Notes under the pieces: model-generated
The model's database searches: none
What the model was told of the DNA's origin: nothing
What the model saw: the letters and a program-made list of their open reading frames with translations, nothing else
In this document: positions 1 to 29,579 of the stretch, one piece after another
Numbering within the stretch: position 1 is the stretch's first letter
Layout: every line of letters begins with the position of its first letter
DNA from: Eimeria praecox
Taxonomy: Eukaryota
DNA: 64,000 bases
Direction of reading: 5' to 3'
Assembly: GCA_963920595.1 (NCBI GenBank)
Contig: OY986948.1
Location: forward strand, 744,001-808,000
Program-made: the position numbers and the translations under genes

Positions 1-413
1 GCTTGTTGAAGATGTGTTTGCTGCTGACTCTTTAGAGGCCCCTGCTGCTGCTGCTGCTGCTGCAGCAGCAGCAGCAGATGCTGCTGCAGCAACAGCAGCA
101 GATGCTGCTGCAGCAGCAGCAACAGATGTGGATACAGCAGATATAACGGATGCACCAACAGATGCCGCAGCAGCAGCTTCTGCAGCAACAGCAGCAGCAG
201 CAACAGCAGAAGCAGAAGCAGGAGATGCAGCCGCAGCAGCAACAGCAGCGGAAGCAGCAGCAGCAGCAGCAGCAGCAGAGGGAACAGCAGCAGCAGCAGA
301 ATTCTGCATAGACTGCGCAGCAGCAGAAACCACAGAAACAGCTGCAGCAGCCGTCGCAGTATCAACACCAAAAGCAGCAACAGCAAGAGCAGCAGCAACA
401 GCAACAGCAGCAA

Positions 414-466
<53 letters not shown>

Positions 467-1301
467 GATGCGGGGGATGAGTCCGATACTGACTCTCAAG
501 CAACAGTTGTGTTAGGTGTCAGCCCCCAGCAATCTCAAGAGCTGCTGCAGGGTGTATGTACACCTCGATCGCAGTTCGCACCCTCTGCAGCAGCAGCAGC
601 AGCAGCAGAAACAGCAGCAACAGCAGCAGCAGCAGCAGCAGAAACAGCAGCAACAGCAGCAGCAGCAGCAGAAGCAGCTGTAAATGCAGCAGCAGAAGCA
701 GAAGACGATGTGGCAGCAGCAGCCGATCTTCGTGTGTCTCCTTTTGCTGCTAATCCGCATGCAGCAGCAGCAGCAGCAGCAACAGCAGCAACAGCAGCAG
801 CAACAGCAGCAACAGCAGCAGCAGCAGCAACAGCCCCTGCTGCTGCAGCAGCAAAGACTGATGCGGCTTCTCAGACATCAAATAACAGGATACAAGTAGC
901 AGCACCACATGCAGGAGCAGCAACAGGAGCAGCAACAGGAGCAGCAACAGCAGCAGCAGCAACAACAGCAGCAGCAGCAACAGCAGCAGCAGCAACAGCA
1001 GCAGCAGCAACAGCAGCAGCAGCAGTTGCAGCTGAAGGCGTAGGACAGCAGGATCAGGTTCAGCAGCAACAGCAGCAGCACCAGCGGCAACAGCAGCAGC
1101 CGCAGCAGCCGCAGCAGCAACAGCAACAGCAGCAACAGCAGCAACAGCAGCAACAACAGCAGCAACAGCAGCAACAGCAGCAGCAGCAGCAGCAGGGTCT
1201 GTCTCCGGTTGCATTAAGTGTAGCTGACTGGGACGATTTAGATGAGGCCCTCGACTTCGCTTTGTCTCAGGCGAAAGAAGAAAGCCAAGCTATCAAACCC
1301 C

Positions 1302-1335
<34 letters not shown>

Positions 1336-1572
1336 ACCTCTTGCTGCTGCTGCTGCAGCAGCAGCAGCGGCAGCAGCAGGAGGAGGAGGAGGGTTTAGCA
1401 AGGAAGAGGATACGCACAGTACAGCGCCGCCGCCGCTGCACCCCACAAACAGCACAGTCGGATCCTTCTGGGGGAGACACAGCCAGCAGCAGCAGCAGCA
1501 ACAGCAGCAACAGCAGCAGCAGCAGCAGCAGCAGCAACAGTGGGGTCAACAGGAAAGCTGTCATATTGAACG

Positions 1573-1638
<66 letters not shown>

Positions 1639-1705
1639 GCAGAGTTGGTATCGTATATTTTCTTGCCACGAGGGGGAGATCGCAGCGCAGGGACCTCTGT
1701 GGGGT

Positions 1706-1761
<56 letters not shown>

Positions 1762-1878
1762 GCTGTGGGAGAACAGCTCTCTTACACCTATAAAGAGATT
1801 ATCTGCTTCTCTTAACAGCATATCATCGAAGACAGACGCAGCGGGCCCCACACTATCACCACCGAAGCAGCAAAGACG

Positions 1879-1932
<54 letters not shown>

Positions 1933-2058
1933 ACAGCAGCAGCAAGAAGTGTCTGAGAACATGAGCTGGTCACAGGCGCAGCAGCAGCAACAACAACAAC
2001 AACAACAACAACAGCAGCAGCAGCAGGGGTTTAACGGCAGCAACAACAGCAGCAGCAA

Positions 2059-2090
<32 letters not shown>

Positions 2091-2209
2091 GCAGCAACGA
2101 AGATTGGTTCTCTGATGCAGCATTTCTGCAGCAGCTGTCAACACCAGAAGGAGCAGCAAAACTGTTTAAGGGAGAGACAGAAGAACAACACTGGGGGTTG
2201 ATTTCTTAA
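1..2209 (+). CDS. Hypothetical low-complexity protein with poly-Ala/poly-Gln tracts, 5'-truncated (3' exon of an upstream gene)
   Basis: The frame is open from the window start to TAA at 2207-2209. Non-repeat linkers read as plausible protein (e.g. LSVADWDDLDEALDFALSQAKEE, NEDWFSDAAFLQQLSTPEGAAKLF). No family recognised. The true 3' end may splice across the following array. Confidence 0.6.
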
Positions 2210-2966
2210 GGGTTTACATAAACCCTACCTAGGGTTTACATAAACCCTAGCTGGGGTTTACATAAACCCTAGCGAGGGTTTAGATAAACCCTACCTAGGG
2301 TTTACATAAACCCTACCTAGGGTTTACATAAACCCTAGCTGGGGTTTACATAAACCCTAGCGAGGGTTTAGATATACCCTACCTAGGGTTTACATAAACC
2401 CTAATTAGGGTTTAGATAAACCCTACCTAGGGTTTACATAAACCCTAATTAGGGTTTAGATATACCCTAAGTAGGGTTTAGATAAACCCTAGCGAGGGTT
2501 TAGATAAACCCTAGCGAGGGTTTATATAAACCATAATTGGGGTTTAGATAAACCCTAGGTAGGGTTTAGATAAACCCTACTTAGGGTTTACATAAACCCT
2601 AGGTAGGGTTTATATATATACCCTAAGTAGGGTTTAGATAAACCCTAATTAGGGTTTACATAAACCCTAAGGAGGGTTTATCTAGACCCCATGTAGGGTT
2701 TACATAAACCCTATGTAGGGTTTATATAAACCCTATGTAGGGTTTAGATAAACTTTAAATAGGGTTTATATATACCCTAATTAGGGTTTAGGATAGGGTT
2801 TATCTAAACCCTATCTAGGGTTTAGATAAACCCTATCTAAGGTTTATCTAAACCCTAAATAGGGTTTATCTAAACCCTAAGTAGGGTTTATACGAACCCT
2901 ATCTAGGGTTTATCTAAACCCTAAGTAGGGTTTATACAAACCCTATCTAGGGTTTATCTAAACCCT
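2209..2966. repeat. 22-bp tandem satellite of head-to-head telomere-like half units (AGGGTTTA-NN-TAAACCCT-ANNN), about 34 units
   Basis: Read directly: agggtttacataaaccct followed by acct/agct/agcg/aatt/aggt/atgt/atct, period 22 bp. Confidence 0.95.
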
Positions 2967-3063
2967 AGATAGAGGGAGGGGCTGTCAAGGAAGTATGAGG
3001 CTTAAACTATTTGTCTGTAAATATAGAAGAAATAGTTTATTTATTATTTATTTGTTTATTTAT

Positions 3064-3143
<80 letters not shown>

Positions 3144-3228
3144 ATTAACTATATCTACTTAAGTAGTAAAATAAACAAATACATTTAAATAAATTTAAAC
3201 ATTAAGAACTGTTTTGTTTTGGTGTAGC

Positions 3229-3307
<79 letters not shown>

Positions 3308-3606
3308 AGCGGGGTTTATGTAGCGCAGACGAACAGAGAAAATGAGGAGAAAACAAACAAATTAAACTAAATTAAATTTAAATTAATTAAATTAAATTAA
3401 ATTAAATTAATTAAATTAATTAAATTAATTAAATTTATACAATATAAACAAATAAATTGTAAAAACATAAACATCAAACAAACAACATTTGGAGTGTATA
3501 GACAGAAAAACAAATAAAATAAAATAATTTAAATAATAAATTTTTAAATAAAATAATAAAATAAATTAATATATTTAAACTCGAAATAAATACAGAGCAA
3601 TATACC

Positions 3607-3667
<61 letters not shown>

Positions 3668-3921
3668 ACAACCCCACCGCTGGGGGCCCCCCAGACCCCC
3701 CAGGGGCATCCTTCTTAGTGTTTGAATTATAAAATATATAATTAAATATATATATAAATATGTTTGAAGAAGTTTAAGAAGAAGAAGACAGCAAACAGTC
3801 TGCGTACAGCAGCAGCAGCAGCAGCAGTAGCAGCAGCAGTAACAGCAGCAGCAGCAGCAGGAGGAAGAACAGCAGCAGCAGCAGCAGTTCTGCTGCTGCT
3901 GCGGATGCTGCTGATGCACAG

Positions 3922-13865
<9,944 letters not shown>

Positions 13866-13914
13866 TTTATTTATTTTTATTTGAAAACAAAATAATAAAA
13901 GAATAGGAAAAAAG

Positions 13915-13976
<62 letters not shown>

Positions 13977-14167
13977 TATATAGATATTTCAGGTGTATGT
14001 ACACCGCAATTTCGTATGAAATTCTGACTTTCTAGCAAACTTCTCGGGTGTACATACACCTAAATAATAATAATAATAATAAAACACCTATTACTCTCCT
14101 TTGCTGCATTTGGCGGCGTGCACAGCAATTGCTGCTGCTGCTCCAATAACAGCAGCAACTACAGCAA

Positions 14168-14199
<32 letters not shown>

Positions 14200-14322
14200 G
14201 CAGCAGCTGCTGCTGCTGCTGCTGCTAACAACCTGCGATGCCTGCGGGGAAGAAGAACTCTGCATTAAAGAGAACACCCTGAATATCTGTTTCCTCTTTG
14301 CTGCTGCTCCTCCCCCTGCTGC

Positions 14323-14354
<32 letters not shown>

Positions 14355-14455
14355 CGGGTGTTGCTGCTGCTGCGGGTGTTGCTGCTGCTGCTGCTCGGGA
14401 AAAGCAGCAGCAGCAAGCATAGCTTCCTCCCATATATATATATATATATTTCCTC

Positions 14456-14529
<74 letters not shown>

Positions 14530-14620
14530 GAGAGAGAGACGGTGAAGAAGAAGACGGAGAAAGAAACGGAAAAGCAAAATCGCCAAAGTCAAAGAAAGCA
14601 AACGCTCGAAATGACGAATC

Positions 14621-14652
<32 letters not shown>

Positions 14653-14836
14653 TTGCTGCTGCTGCTGTTGCTGCTGCTGCTGTTGCTGCTGCTGTTGCTG
14701 CTGTTGCTGCTGTTGCTGCTGCTGCTGTTTATCGAGTAGGGCTTGTAGTTGTTGTGTCTCCTGTCCCCTCCAAAAACTTCTCTCTGTCTGTCTCCTCTGC
14801 TGTTTAACATCTCAAACAGCAACAAGTAGAAAAAGC

Positions 14837-14975
<139 letters not shown>

Positions 14976-15654
14976 GGAGAGAGAGAGAGAGAGGGAGAGA
15001 GAGAGAGATGCAGCAGCAGGCTGTCAAAGACAACAACCAACAAAGAAGAGATTAACACTCTCCTGCTGCTGCTGCTGTTGCTGCTGCTGTTGCTGCTGCT
15101 GCTGGTTTCTGCTGCAGCAGCTTCTGTCTCTCGGTGCCCAAGCGTTGTTGCTGCTGCTGCTGCAGCAGCAGCAGCAGCTGCTGCTGCTGCTGCACTCGAT
15201 CGAACAGACGCTAACAACATATCTACAGCCCCAGCATCCGCAGCAACTGCAGCAGCAGCAGCATCTGCAGCAGCAGCAGCGGCTGCTGCTGCTGCTGCTG
15301 CACTCAAGCAACCCCTACAAGACCATCTACATCTGCCGCGTCTCCATCCTCATCATATACATCATCTACATCTACATCATCATCATCAACACCAGTATCA
15401 TCACCATCATCATCATCAGCAGCAGCAGCATCATGAGCAGCATCATCATCGTCAGCAGCAGCAGCAGCAGCATCATCATCATCAACAACACCATCATCAT
15501 ATACATCATCAACACCAGCATCATCATCATCATCAACAACACCATCATCATATACATCATCAACACCAGCATCATCATCATCAACAACAACACCATCATC
15601 CTCATCCTCCTCCTCCTCCTCCTCACCACCACCACCACCACCACCACTATTTAT

Positions 15655-15979
15655 TTAATGTATGAGTTTGCATACCCATGTGTCTGTCTGCGGCAGTCTC
15701 TGACAAGCAGAAATAAATTTAATCTTGGGATCGCCTTTGAAATTTTGGGATCGTGGTGTCGAGCGAGCTCCTCTCTTTTCTAATCTATTAACAAATCGAG
15801 CATAATATACTTCTAATGCTTTCAACATATCTTCTACTGCTTCTGCTGCTGTTAAACTCGGGTGTATATACACCTCAGTATTATAACGACGCCAATCAGA
15901 TGCCGATTCTAATCGAAGTCGTGCGAGTTCTAACAAACGTTCATTTATCTCATACCACATATACTGCTGATCGTCTCCT

Positions 15980-16038
<59 letters not shown>

Positions 16039-16174
16039 CTGTTGGTTGGAGAAGTCTTTAATAGATAAATTAGAGAGAAGAGATAGTACTTCAAGTTCTG
16101 CTTTATCAAGAAGAGCTTGATGCATACAAAACAGAGACCAATCTCTCTTTCTTCTTTCAAGATCCGTCATAAGC

Positions 16175-16215
<41 letters not shown>

Positions 16216-17112
16216 CTGTTGGTATTTGTCTGCTGCAACATCTTCTCCACATCTCTGTGCAAATCTATAAAATGCTTCTGCTGCTTCTCTGTCTCCCCCC
16301 AAAAAATCTAAACGCTGGCAGTCTCTCAAAAATTGATCGAAGTCTCTCCCTACAAATTCTCCTATAAACGCGCGTAGCAGATTCCCGTCAGGAGACACAA
16401 AGGGAGGGAGAGGATAGACAGCAGCAGCAGCAGCAGCATCAGCAGCAGCAGCAGCAGCATCAGCATCAGCAGCAGGAGATGATGCTGTAGATGTTTTCTG
16501 TATATCTTCTTTCATCATAGAAATAATATCCTGCGTCTCTGCTCTCTCGGGTTTGTCTCTGTCTGTATCTTTCAAGTCCGAGATTGCTGTATGTGATGGA
16601 TCTGCTGCTGCTGTTGCTGCTGCAGCAGCAGCAGCAGGAGCAGCAGCATTTGGTGCTGCTGCTGCTGCACTTTTAATGTTTCTTCTATGCTGTACAGACC
16701 CCATAGCACCGTATAGAAGCAATAAAACAGCTAGAACAGAGAGAGGAGATGTAATAGAGTTTCTAAATAAAGAAGCACGTCTTGCAGATGAGGGAGAACG
16801 AGGTGAATGCGGTGTATGTACATCTGTATGTATATGATTAGGATGATAGAAATCTGTATGATTATTGTTATGATGATGATGATGATCTAGAACAACATCA
16901 TCAACATCGATATGCCCTTGTTTCTGTTGTTTTGCTGCTGCTGTTGCTGTAGAAGGAATATCTGTCTCAACATTAATATCACCTGAAGAGAAATCTGTAC
17001 TTTCTACTGTGTCTTGAGCTGTATGTACACCTGAATAGCCATAAGCAGATACTTCTTTCTCTCTCCAACTCGCCTCCCCAGCAGCAGATGATGCTGTATC
17101 AACTAACATCAT
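15655..17112 (-). CDS. Hypothetical single-pass membrane protein (intronless ORF, about 485 aa)
   Basis: Long, mostly non-repetitive ORF from ATG at 17112. Hydrophobic segment SPLSVLAVLLLLYGAMGSV followed by a predicted helical domain. No known family recognised. Confidence 0.75.
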
Positions 17113-19008
17113 CAATTTTTATTATTATTCTTTCTTTCTCTTCTCTCTTTATCACGATGTGTAGAAAGAAAGAAACACTGTTGATGATTGTCACACCTTG
17201 CACGTTAATAATATATATATTTCTATACAAAAATAATAATAAAATTAATATTTTATAATTTTATAAAAATAAAAAAAGATAAAATATATCCATAACAGAA
17301 GAAAAGCAAAATCAAACAACACATAAACTTTCTCTCACTTTCTCTTAACTTTCATTACTTCAACAATATTAGAAGAAGCCGCCACTCAATCTTCTTGGAG
17401 CACGGCACGTGTGTTTCCTAGGGTTTAGGGTTTAGGGTTTAGGGTTTAGGGTTTAGGGTTCTGCATGTTATACATCCAAATGACAATAAAAGATGATTTC
17501 AAAACATGTTGAATGAAATTTCAAGAAAACATTCTCTATGCTTTCGTCGCTTTAGCTTTCGGTTGTTGAGGGTCTGCTGTTCATTGTTCGGGGCTTTTTC
17601 TGAAGGATCGAGGAGGTAGAATCACGTTGTTTTCTAGATGTATTGAGAATATACACTTTAAAAATAACTATAAAATAAAAATAAAACCAAAAAAAAGAAA
17701 AAAAAATAACAAAAAAAAACAAAATTAATCGAATATTTATCTTATCTTTGTTTTTGAGTATGACGCTCGGCATTCGCTTTCAATGGAGAAAACTTGAACG
17801 ATCCTTCGTTTATATGTTAAATTATTTCTATTTATTTGTATTTATATTCAAAAACTTCTTTTAAAATGTTTATTTTCATGTATTTTTCTATTATTTTTGA
17901 TCTAACATACTTGTATGGTGTTGCAGCTTAGCTTTCTTGATCTACTTACGAGGTGTCTGTACACCTCACAACATATCATCAACGTGCTTTCGTAATTCAT
18001 GAATAGAAAACAGATTTTGTTTATTTTTTAATTTGTATTTACTTTATTAAAGTTTATGTGTATAATTTATTTATATTTATAACAACAGAAATCAACTTAT
18101 TTATTCTTATTTATGCCTCGAATAATATCATATCGACTTCATCATATATACAATATCTGTAGAAGAAGCGTTTCCTCGATGTTTCTATTTCATTATGTAT
18201 TTATATTTAATTTTTTTTTAGTTTTTATTTCATGAATTGTTTTTATTTGTTTTTTTCTTTTCAAATTAGTGTCTTTTTTGTTTTATTTGTACAACTTTCG
18301 TGGAGATGAGGTGCTTTGGTTTCGGCTGCTATATTCAAGTTTCTATCTATTCAAGTGTATGTATGTTCATGTTCTTCTGATTTCTTTGACTTTCTCTCTC
18401 ATAAACAAATTAAATAAATTTGAATATGTTAATATAAGAAAGATATTCAAGAGATTTTATTGAGACACTTCACAACACATATCCGTTGTAAATTGCATGG
18501 CTTCTTCTTTTGCTGCTGCTGCTGCTGCTCTGTTGCTGCTGCTGCTGCTGCTCTGTTGCTGCTGCTACTGCTGCTTCTCTGTTGCTGCTGCTGTTGCTGC
18601 TGCTGCTGCTCTGTTGCTGCTGCTGCTGCTGCTCTGTTGCTGCTGCTGCTGCTGCTGCTCTGTTGCTGCTGCTGCTGCTGCTCTGTTGCTGTTGCTGCTG
18701 CTGTTGCTGTCTATTTAAAATATCTGCAATCTCTTTTTCTATTTTTTCTGTTTCTTCTATTTCATTTAATCTAAGTTTTCTGAATTTTACACCTGTCGTT
18801 TGTGTTGAGGATCTCGAGTTGTTGTTGTGTGTTTTATATATAATTTATTTTGTATTATATTTATTATTATTATCTCTAAATATGTTTATTATGAATATAT
18901 ATTATTTATATTAAGAACACTGTCGTATTGTTATTAAGAAACATAATTAAGAGGCAACTCTGTTCCTCCTTAATAAATTCTAAAACCATCACAGTATTAA
19001 AATACAGA

Positions 19009-19096
<88 letters not shown>

Positions 19097-19262
19097 ATAT
19101 ATATATAATATAAAAAATAAAAAATATAAAAAAACAAAATCAAATCCTCACTGCTCGTGTTGCTGCAGCAGAAAGTCTCTAAAAGATTCTTTCTTAAACC
19201 CTAAACCCTACACCCTAACCCCTAGCCCCTAAACCCTAGCCCCTAAACCCTAGATATTTTAG

Positions 19263-20940
19263 CTACGATTGTTTTTTCTTTGCTATTTGTGTTTTTTCAA
19301 TGTGTGTTTTATTATGAAGTTTCTGAGGTGTATCTACAGCTTGAGAGGATCTCCGATTATCTTTAGTTTCTATAAAAATATTTGCTGTCCTTAGTTGCAG
19401 TAGTTGTTTGTCTAGAAATAACAACAAACGAGTGAGCTCATCGTGCTGTCTTCGAAGCTTCTCTGTTCTTAGACTGATAGGTAACTCATTTAAAGATTTC
19501 TGAAAAAAATAATACAAAGTACACACACACACACACACTAGGGTTTAGGGTTTAGGGTTTAGGGTTTTTTAGGCTTTGGCGGCGTCTTTCTTTCTATCCG
19601 AGGAAACCCAGGTGCATCTCTTCAGCCTCAACACCTCGCATCCTTACAGCTAGCTAGCTAGATAGCTAGCTAGCTAAGAATTTGTTTGACTAGCTAGCTA
19701 GCTAGCTATCTAGCTAGCTAGCTAGTTCTTCCTTGTCTCTACAGGTCTACTACTCTGCATTTTAGTGTCTCCTCAGTTAGCTAGTTAGTATTATTTAGCT
19801 ATCTACTAACTAATTACCTAACGACTTAGCTAGCTAGCTAGCCAGCTAGCTACCTAACCAGCTAGCTAGCTAGCCAGCTAGCTAATTAACTAGCTAGCTA
19901 GCTAGCTAGTTAGTTTGATTCTTAGCTAGCTAACTAACTACTTAGCTATTTAGCTAGCTAGCTAGCTAGCTAGCTAGGTATAGTGTTTGTTACCTCGGCC
20001 TTTTCCTGCTGCTGCAGCACAATAGCGAGGAGTCTCTGTCTCTCTGTCTCTGGGAGAGGAGACAGATTTGAAGGGATGTTGTCTGTCTCTTTAGGGGGGG
20101 CTTCAGCAGCAGCACGTAGGGCCTGACACGCTCTCCAAACCCTAAACCCTAAACCCTAAACCCTAAACCCTAGACCCTAAACCCTAAACCCTAAACCCTA
20201 GGACTAAGAGTGCTTCTTACTTTAACATTGTTGTTGGCTCTTCCCAAAATTTTATGTTTCTTTGAAATACCCCCAAACTTTTTCTCTCCTTCTGTTTGTT
20301 TATCTCTATTCTTTTCATTATTTATATTACTACTACGTCCTACAGATAAAAACCTACGGGGGCCCCGAGATTGTGTCTCTGGGGCCCCTGGGGGCCCCCC
20401 AGGCCTAGTCTCTGAAGCCAACCCTCTCTTCAACTCTTTCTTGGGGGCCCCTGGGGGCCCCCCCCTCTCCTCGTTGTACCCCATTAACTTAGCAGCAACC
20501 TTCTGAATCCGCAGGCAATAACTCCTAGTTGTCCTTACAGGTAGCCTAGGGCCCCCAGGGGCCCCTGGGGCCCCTGGGGCCCCTGGGGTCTCTGGAGCCC
20601 CCCGGGGGCCCCCAGGGGGCCCAGGGGGCCCCGTGAGGGGCCCCGAGGGGGCAACCGAGGGGGGCCCGGTGGGGGGACCGGTGGGGGGCCCCGTGGGGGC
20701 CCCCGGGGGGGGCCCCGAGGGGGGCCCCGAGGGGGGGGGGCCCGGGGGCCCCCCAGTTTCTTGATTGACATTGGGTACCCTGGGGGCGCCCTGCAAGAAG
20801 TTGAGTTGCGGGGGTCCAGACCCCCCGGGGGGCCCCATGTGTACCCTTGCAGCATCAGGGGAGTCTAGGGGATCAGGGGGCCCCTGATGTTGGGGGGGCC
20901 CCGAGGGGGCCCCCATGGGGCTTTCTTGTACAGGCAGCAT
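19263..20940 (-). CDS. Enkurin-domain protein (putatively flagellar/microtubule-associated) with Gly/Pro-rich N-terminus, 3 exons
   Basis: Exons 20221-20940, 19994-20122 and 19263-19499 join in phase 0 with GT-AG introns. The product LSPLPETERQRLLAIVLQQQEKAEKSLNELPISLRTEKLRRQHDELTRLLLFLDKQLLQLRTANIFIE matches my recollection of the enkurin domain pattern (L.E.ER...L..L......L..LP....T....RK..LE..L..LE..I......V.V). Confidence 0.7.
19648..19980. repeat. (AGCT)n / (TAGC)n self-complementary microsatellite in an intron
   Basis: Runs of tagctagctagc read directly. Confidence 0.9.
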
Positions 20941-20981
20941 GCATGCAGATCAAAGGGCTTTCTTAGCTTACGAAGGCTGCA

Positions 20982-21080
<99 letters not shown>

Positions 21081-22077
21081 GGAAGTGAAGAAATACCTTC
21101 TATAATTGTACGAAAAGAATGGTTTTATGTTGAGGGTTTAGGGTTTAGGGTTTAGGGTTTAGGGTTTAGGGTTTAGGGTTTAGGGTTTAGGGTTTAGGAT
21201 CTGAGCGATCAGGGTAGTCTCTTGCTGACTCGTGTCTGTTTCATGTGCTCTCAACAACAAAACAAATAAAATAAAACAATAATAAATTAAATAATTATAT
21301 ATTTATAACATTAATTTATAAAATTGCGAGTAAAACAACGAAAATAAACACAACTACACAAACGCCGCACCCCGGCAGCCGGAGGTACACCAGCATCATC
21401 TTGTGTGTATATTGTGTTTATTTATTTAATTTATTTAATTTATTTAGTTTATTTTATATATTTTATTTTATATTTAATTTATTTTGATAATATATATATA
21501 TATATATATATATAATAAACTAATACACATTATCTACCATATGCTTGAGGCACTCGCCTCAGGGTCACTCGAAAGAAACCCTAAACCCTAAACCCTAAAC
21601 CCTAAACCCTAAACCCTAAACCCTAAACCCTAAACCCTAAACCCTAGATCCTAGAGCCCAAACCTTAAACCCTAAACGCTAAAACCTAAAGCTCAAACCC
21701 TAAACCCTAAATCTTAAATCCTAAGCCGTAAATCATGAATCCTACGCGTAGATTCTGAAATCGAAACCCTAAACCCTAAACCCTAAACCCTAAACCCTAA
21801 ACCCTAAACCCTAAACCTATCTTCTACCCTCATGAATATCTCCCCTTAAACCCAAACATCTTCCCACGGGCCCCACAGAAGAATGAGGGCCCCTGAAGAT
21901 ACACAAGATAACCAACTCCAGTTTCAACGTCTAGGGTTTAGGGTTTAGGGTTTAGGGTTTAGGGTCTGCCTGAGCAAATAGCTTGGGGGCTTGATTGTCT
22001 CTGCATGCATGCAGGGCAGGGTGTATAAACACAATAAACAGAGAGACAGAATTAGGGTGTATAGGCAGGCCTTTATG

Positions 22078-22148
<71 letters not shown>

Positions 22149-22271
22149 CAAAATTATATAAAACAATTGAAGTGTATATACAGAAGAAAGACAGAAAAAA
22201 CAAATAGTTATATTATAAACAAATATAATAATTATTTATTTGAGGTGTATATACACCTCAAAGAAGGGCCT

Positions 22272-27002
<4,731 letters not shown>

Positions 27003-27130
27003 TAGCTGTATATACACCTCAAATAATAAATATAATTATACAAAGATAGCCGCAGCAGATTTGTTCAATAGAGAAGAATGTTTAGAAGGAGTTTGTTTGT
27101 TGTTTATTTAATTAATATTTATTAATTATA

Positions 27131-27167
<37 letters not shown>

Positions 27168-27222
27168 TTATTTCATTTGAATTCATAGATGTTTGCTCCT
27201 TTTCTTCAATATACATCCTGCT

Positions 27223-27279
<57 letters not shown>

Positions 27280-27407
27280 AGCAGCAAGAACATATTTATT
27301 TATTTATTTCTTCTTTGAATTATATATTTTGAAATTATCTATAAATTATTTTTTTGATTTAATCGAGCTGTATATACACCACAACTCCTACATTCTGCTG
27401 CTGTTTC

Positions 27408-27479
<72 letters not shown>

Positions 27480-27981
27480 CTTGACCGCTGGCTAGACCAT
27501 GGTTTCTTCCCTTCTCTGAGTTTTTGTTGATTTATCTGTAGCAGAATTGAAAGAACAATAAAATAATAATAATAATAATAATAATTATTATTATTATTAT
27601 TATTATTATAATTAATAAACACCATTTGTTTATATCTCTGCTGCTGTTCTCTCCTGTTTACGCCTCCCTCTCTCCCCCCTGCTGCTGCTGTCTGGCAGCC
27701 CCACAGCAGCAGCAACCTTTGTAGATATTTCTTATATTTACGGTGTACGTACACCTCAGAGGATTACAAGTTAAATAACAAAATAAAAATTGAGGTATTA
27801 GAGAGAACAGACAGAAGCAGGCAGCGTCTACAGCAGTGCAGCAGCAGCAGCAGCAGCAGCATTTGCTGCTGCTGCTGCTGCTGCTGCGGTGGTGGTAGGT
27901 GTTCAGCAGCAGCAGCAGCAGCGGCAACAAATCGAATGCGTGCACAGGAAGCAGCAGCAGCAGCAGCAGCGACAGCAGCAG

Positions 27982-28038
<57 letters not shown>

Positions 28039-28077
28039 GCCCCGCTGCTGCAGCTTTCAGCAGGTGCTGCATGCAAG

Positions 28078-28300
28078 ATGGGGGTATTTGGAGGAGAAGG
28101 TACACCAGCCTGTCCTGACAACGCAGCAGCAACAGCAGCAGCAACAGCAACAGCAGCAACAGCAGCAGCAACAGCAGCAGCAGCAGCAGCAGATATCTGC
28201 ACTGAATCAGATGCCCCTTTGAACGAGGAAGAAGGATACGAAGACGCTGTTGCAGCAACAACAACAGCAGCAGCAGCACCACCAACAGCAGCAGCACCAC

Positions 28301-28338
<38 letters not shown>

Positions 28339-28730
28339 GCAGCAAATGCTTTCATAGCAGCAGCAGCAAACGGGGATAGCTGTGCAGCTGATATGCTGCT
28401 GCCATGGCCCCCACCGTCTCCTCTTTGGTATGAAAGAACAGCAGATAAAATATTGAATGCTGCAGCATTACAGCAGCAGCAGCAGCAGCTGCTGCTGCAG
28501 CAGCAACCGCTACAATGGCAGCAGCAGCAGCAATTGCTGCTGCCTCTCAGAGAGAGATTTTTAGATAAATGTTTACGAGGGGGGTTCCCTTCTTCTATGT
28601 TGGGGGAGATATGTGGGGTTGCTGGGAGCGGAAAGACGCAGCTCGCTTTGTCTCTTGCTGCTGAATCTGTGCTGCAGCAGCTGCTGCTGCAGCAGCAGCG
28701 CCAACGCCTTCTACTCAAGACCAGCAACAA

Positions 28731-28767
<37 letters not shown>

Positions 28768-28888
28768 GAGGGTGTTGTGTATTACATATACACCGAAGGA
28801 GCATTCCCTGCGTCTCGTCTAGAAGAGATAGTAAAGCATCGTTTGCTGCGGCACTCAGCAGCAGCAGCAGCAGCAACAACAGCAGCAA

Positions 28889-28923
<35 letters not shown>

Positions 28924-29333
28924 GCAGTGCTGCAGCAAATATATGTAGAAGAGATAGGATGCGAAGATGATTTGATTTTCTGTCTCCTTATTAAATTGCC
29001 TCGTCTCTTAATTTATAAAAATAAAATTAATCTTCTTATTATAGATTCAATCGCAGCTATTATGAAACCAACTGCTGCTGCTGCTGCTGCTCCTGCTGCT
29101 GCTCCTGCTGCTGCTGCTGCTGCTGCTGCTGATCTTGCTGCTGCTGCTGCTGCTGCTGCTGTACGCAACAATAAACTCGTAAGGATTGCTGCTCTTCTTA
29201 AACGGTTTGCTGCAGAATATAAATGCTGCTGCTTAGTTATCAACCACGTCACAGCCGTTGTAGATGATTCTGCTGCTGCTGCTGCTGCTCCTGCTGCTGC
29301 TGCTGGTGTTGCTGCTGCTGCTGGACAGTGGTG

Positions 29334-29366
<33 letters not shown>

Positions 29367-29423
29367 AGATATCACGTTGAGAGTGGCAGAGGAAGTCAAA
29401 AGACGCAGAATCGAGGAGACACT

Positions 29424-29475
<52 letters not shown>

Positions 29476-29542
29476 GTGCTGCATTTGAGTTCTTTAGCAG
29501 CAGACAGAGCATCAGCAGCAGCAGCAGGGGAAGATGCAGATG

Positions 29543-29579
<37 letters not shown>

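Noticed and set aside
2209..2966. CRISPR-like array of palindromic repeats
   Set aside because: Linkers are only 4 nt, the repeat derives from the telomere heptamer, the context is eukaryotic and no cas genes are present.
15078..15665. Histidine-rich protein on the + strand
   Set aside because: (CAT)n repeat with a non-ATG start and no supporting gene structure; lies just downstream of a minus-strand gene.
17400..19200. Additional gene between the membrane protein and the enkurin-domain gene
   Set aside because: No consistent spliced reading frame or recognisable motif found; may be UTR or intergenic.
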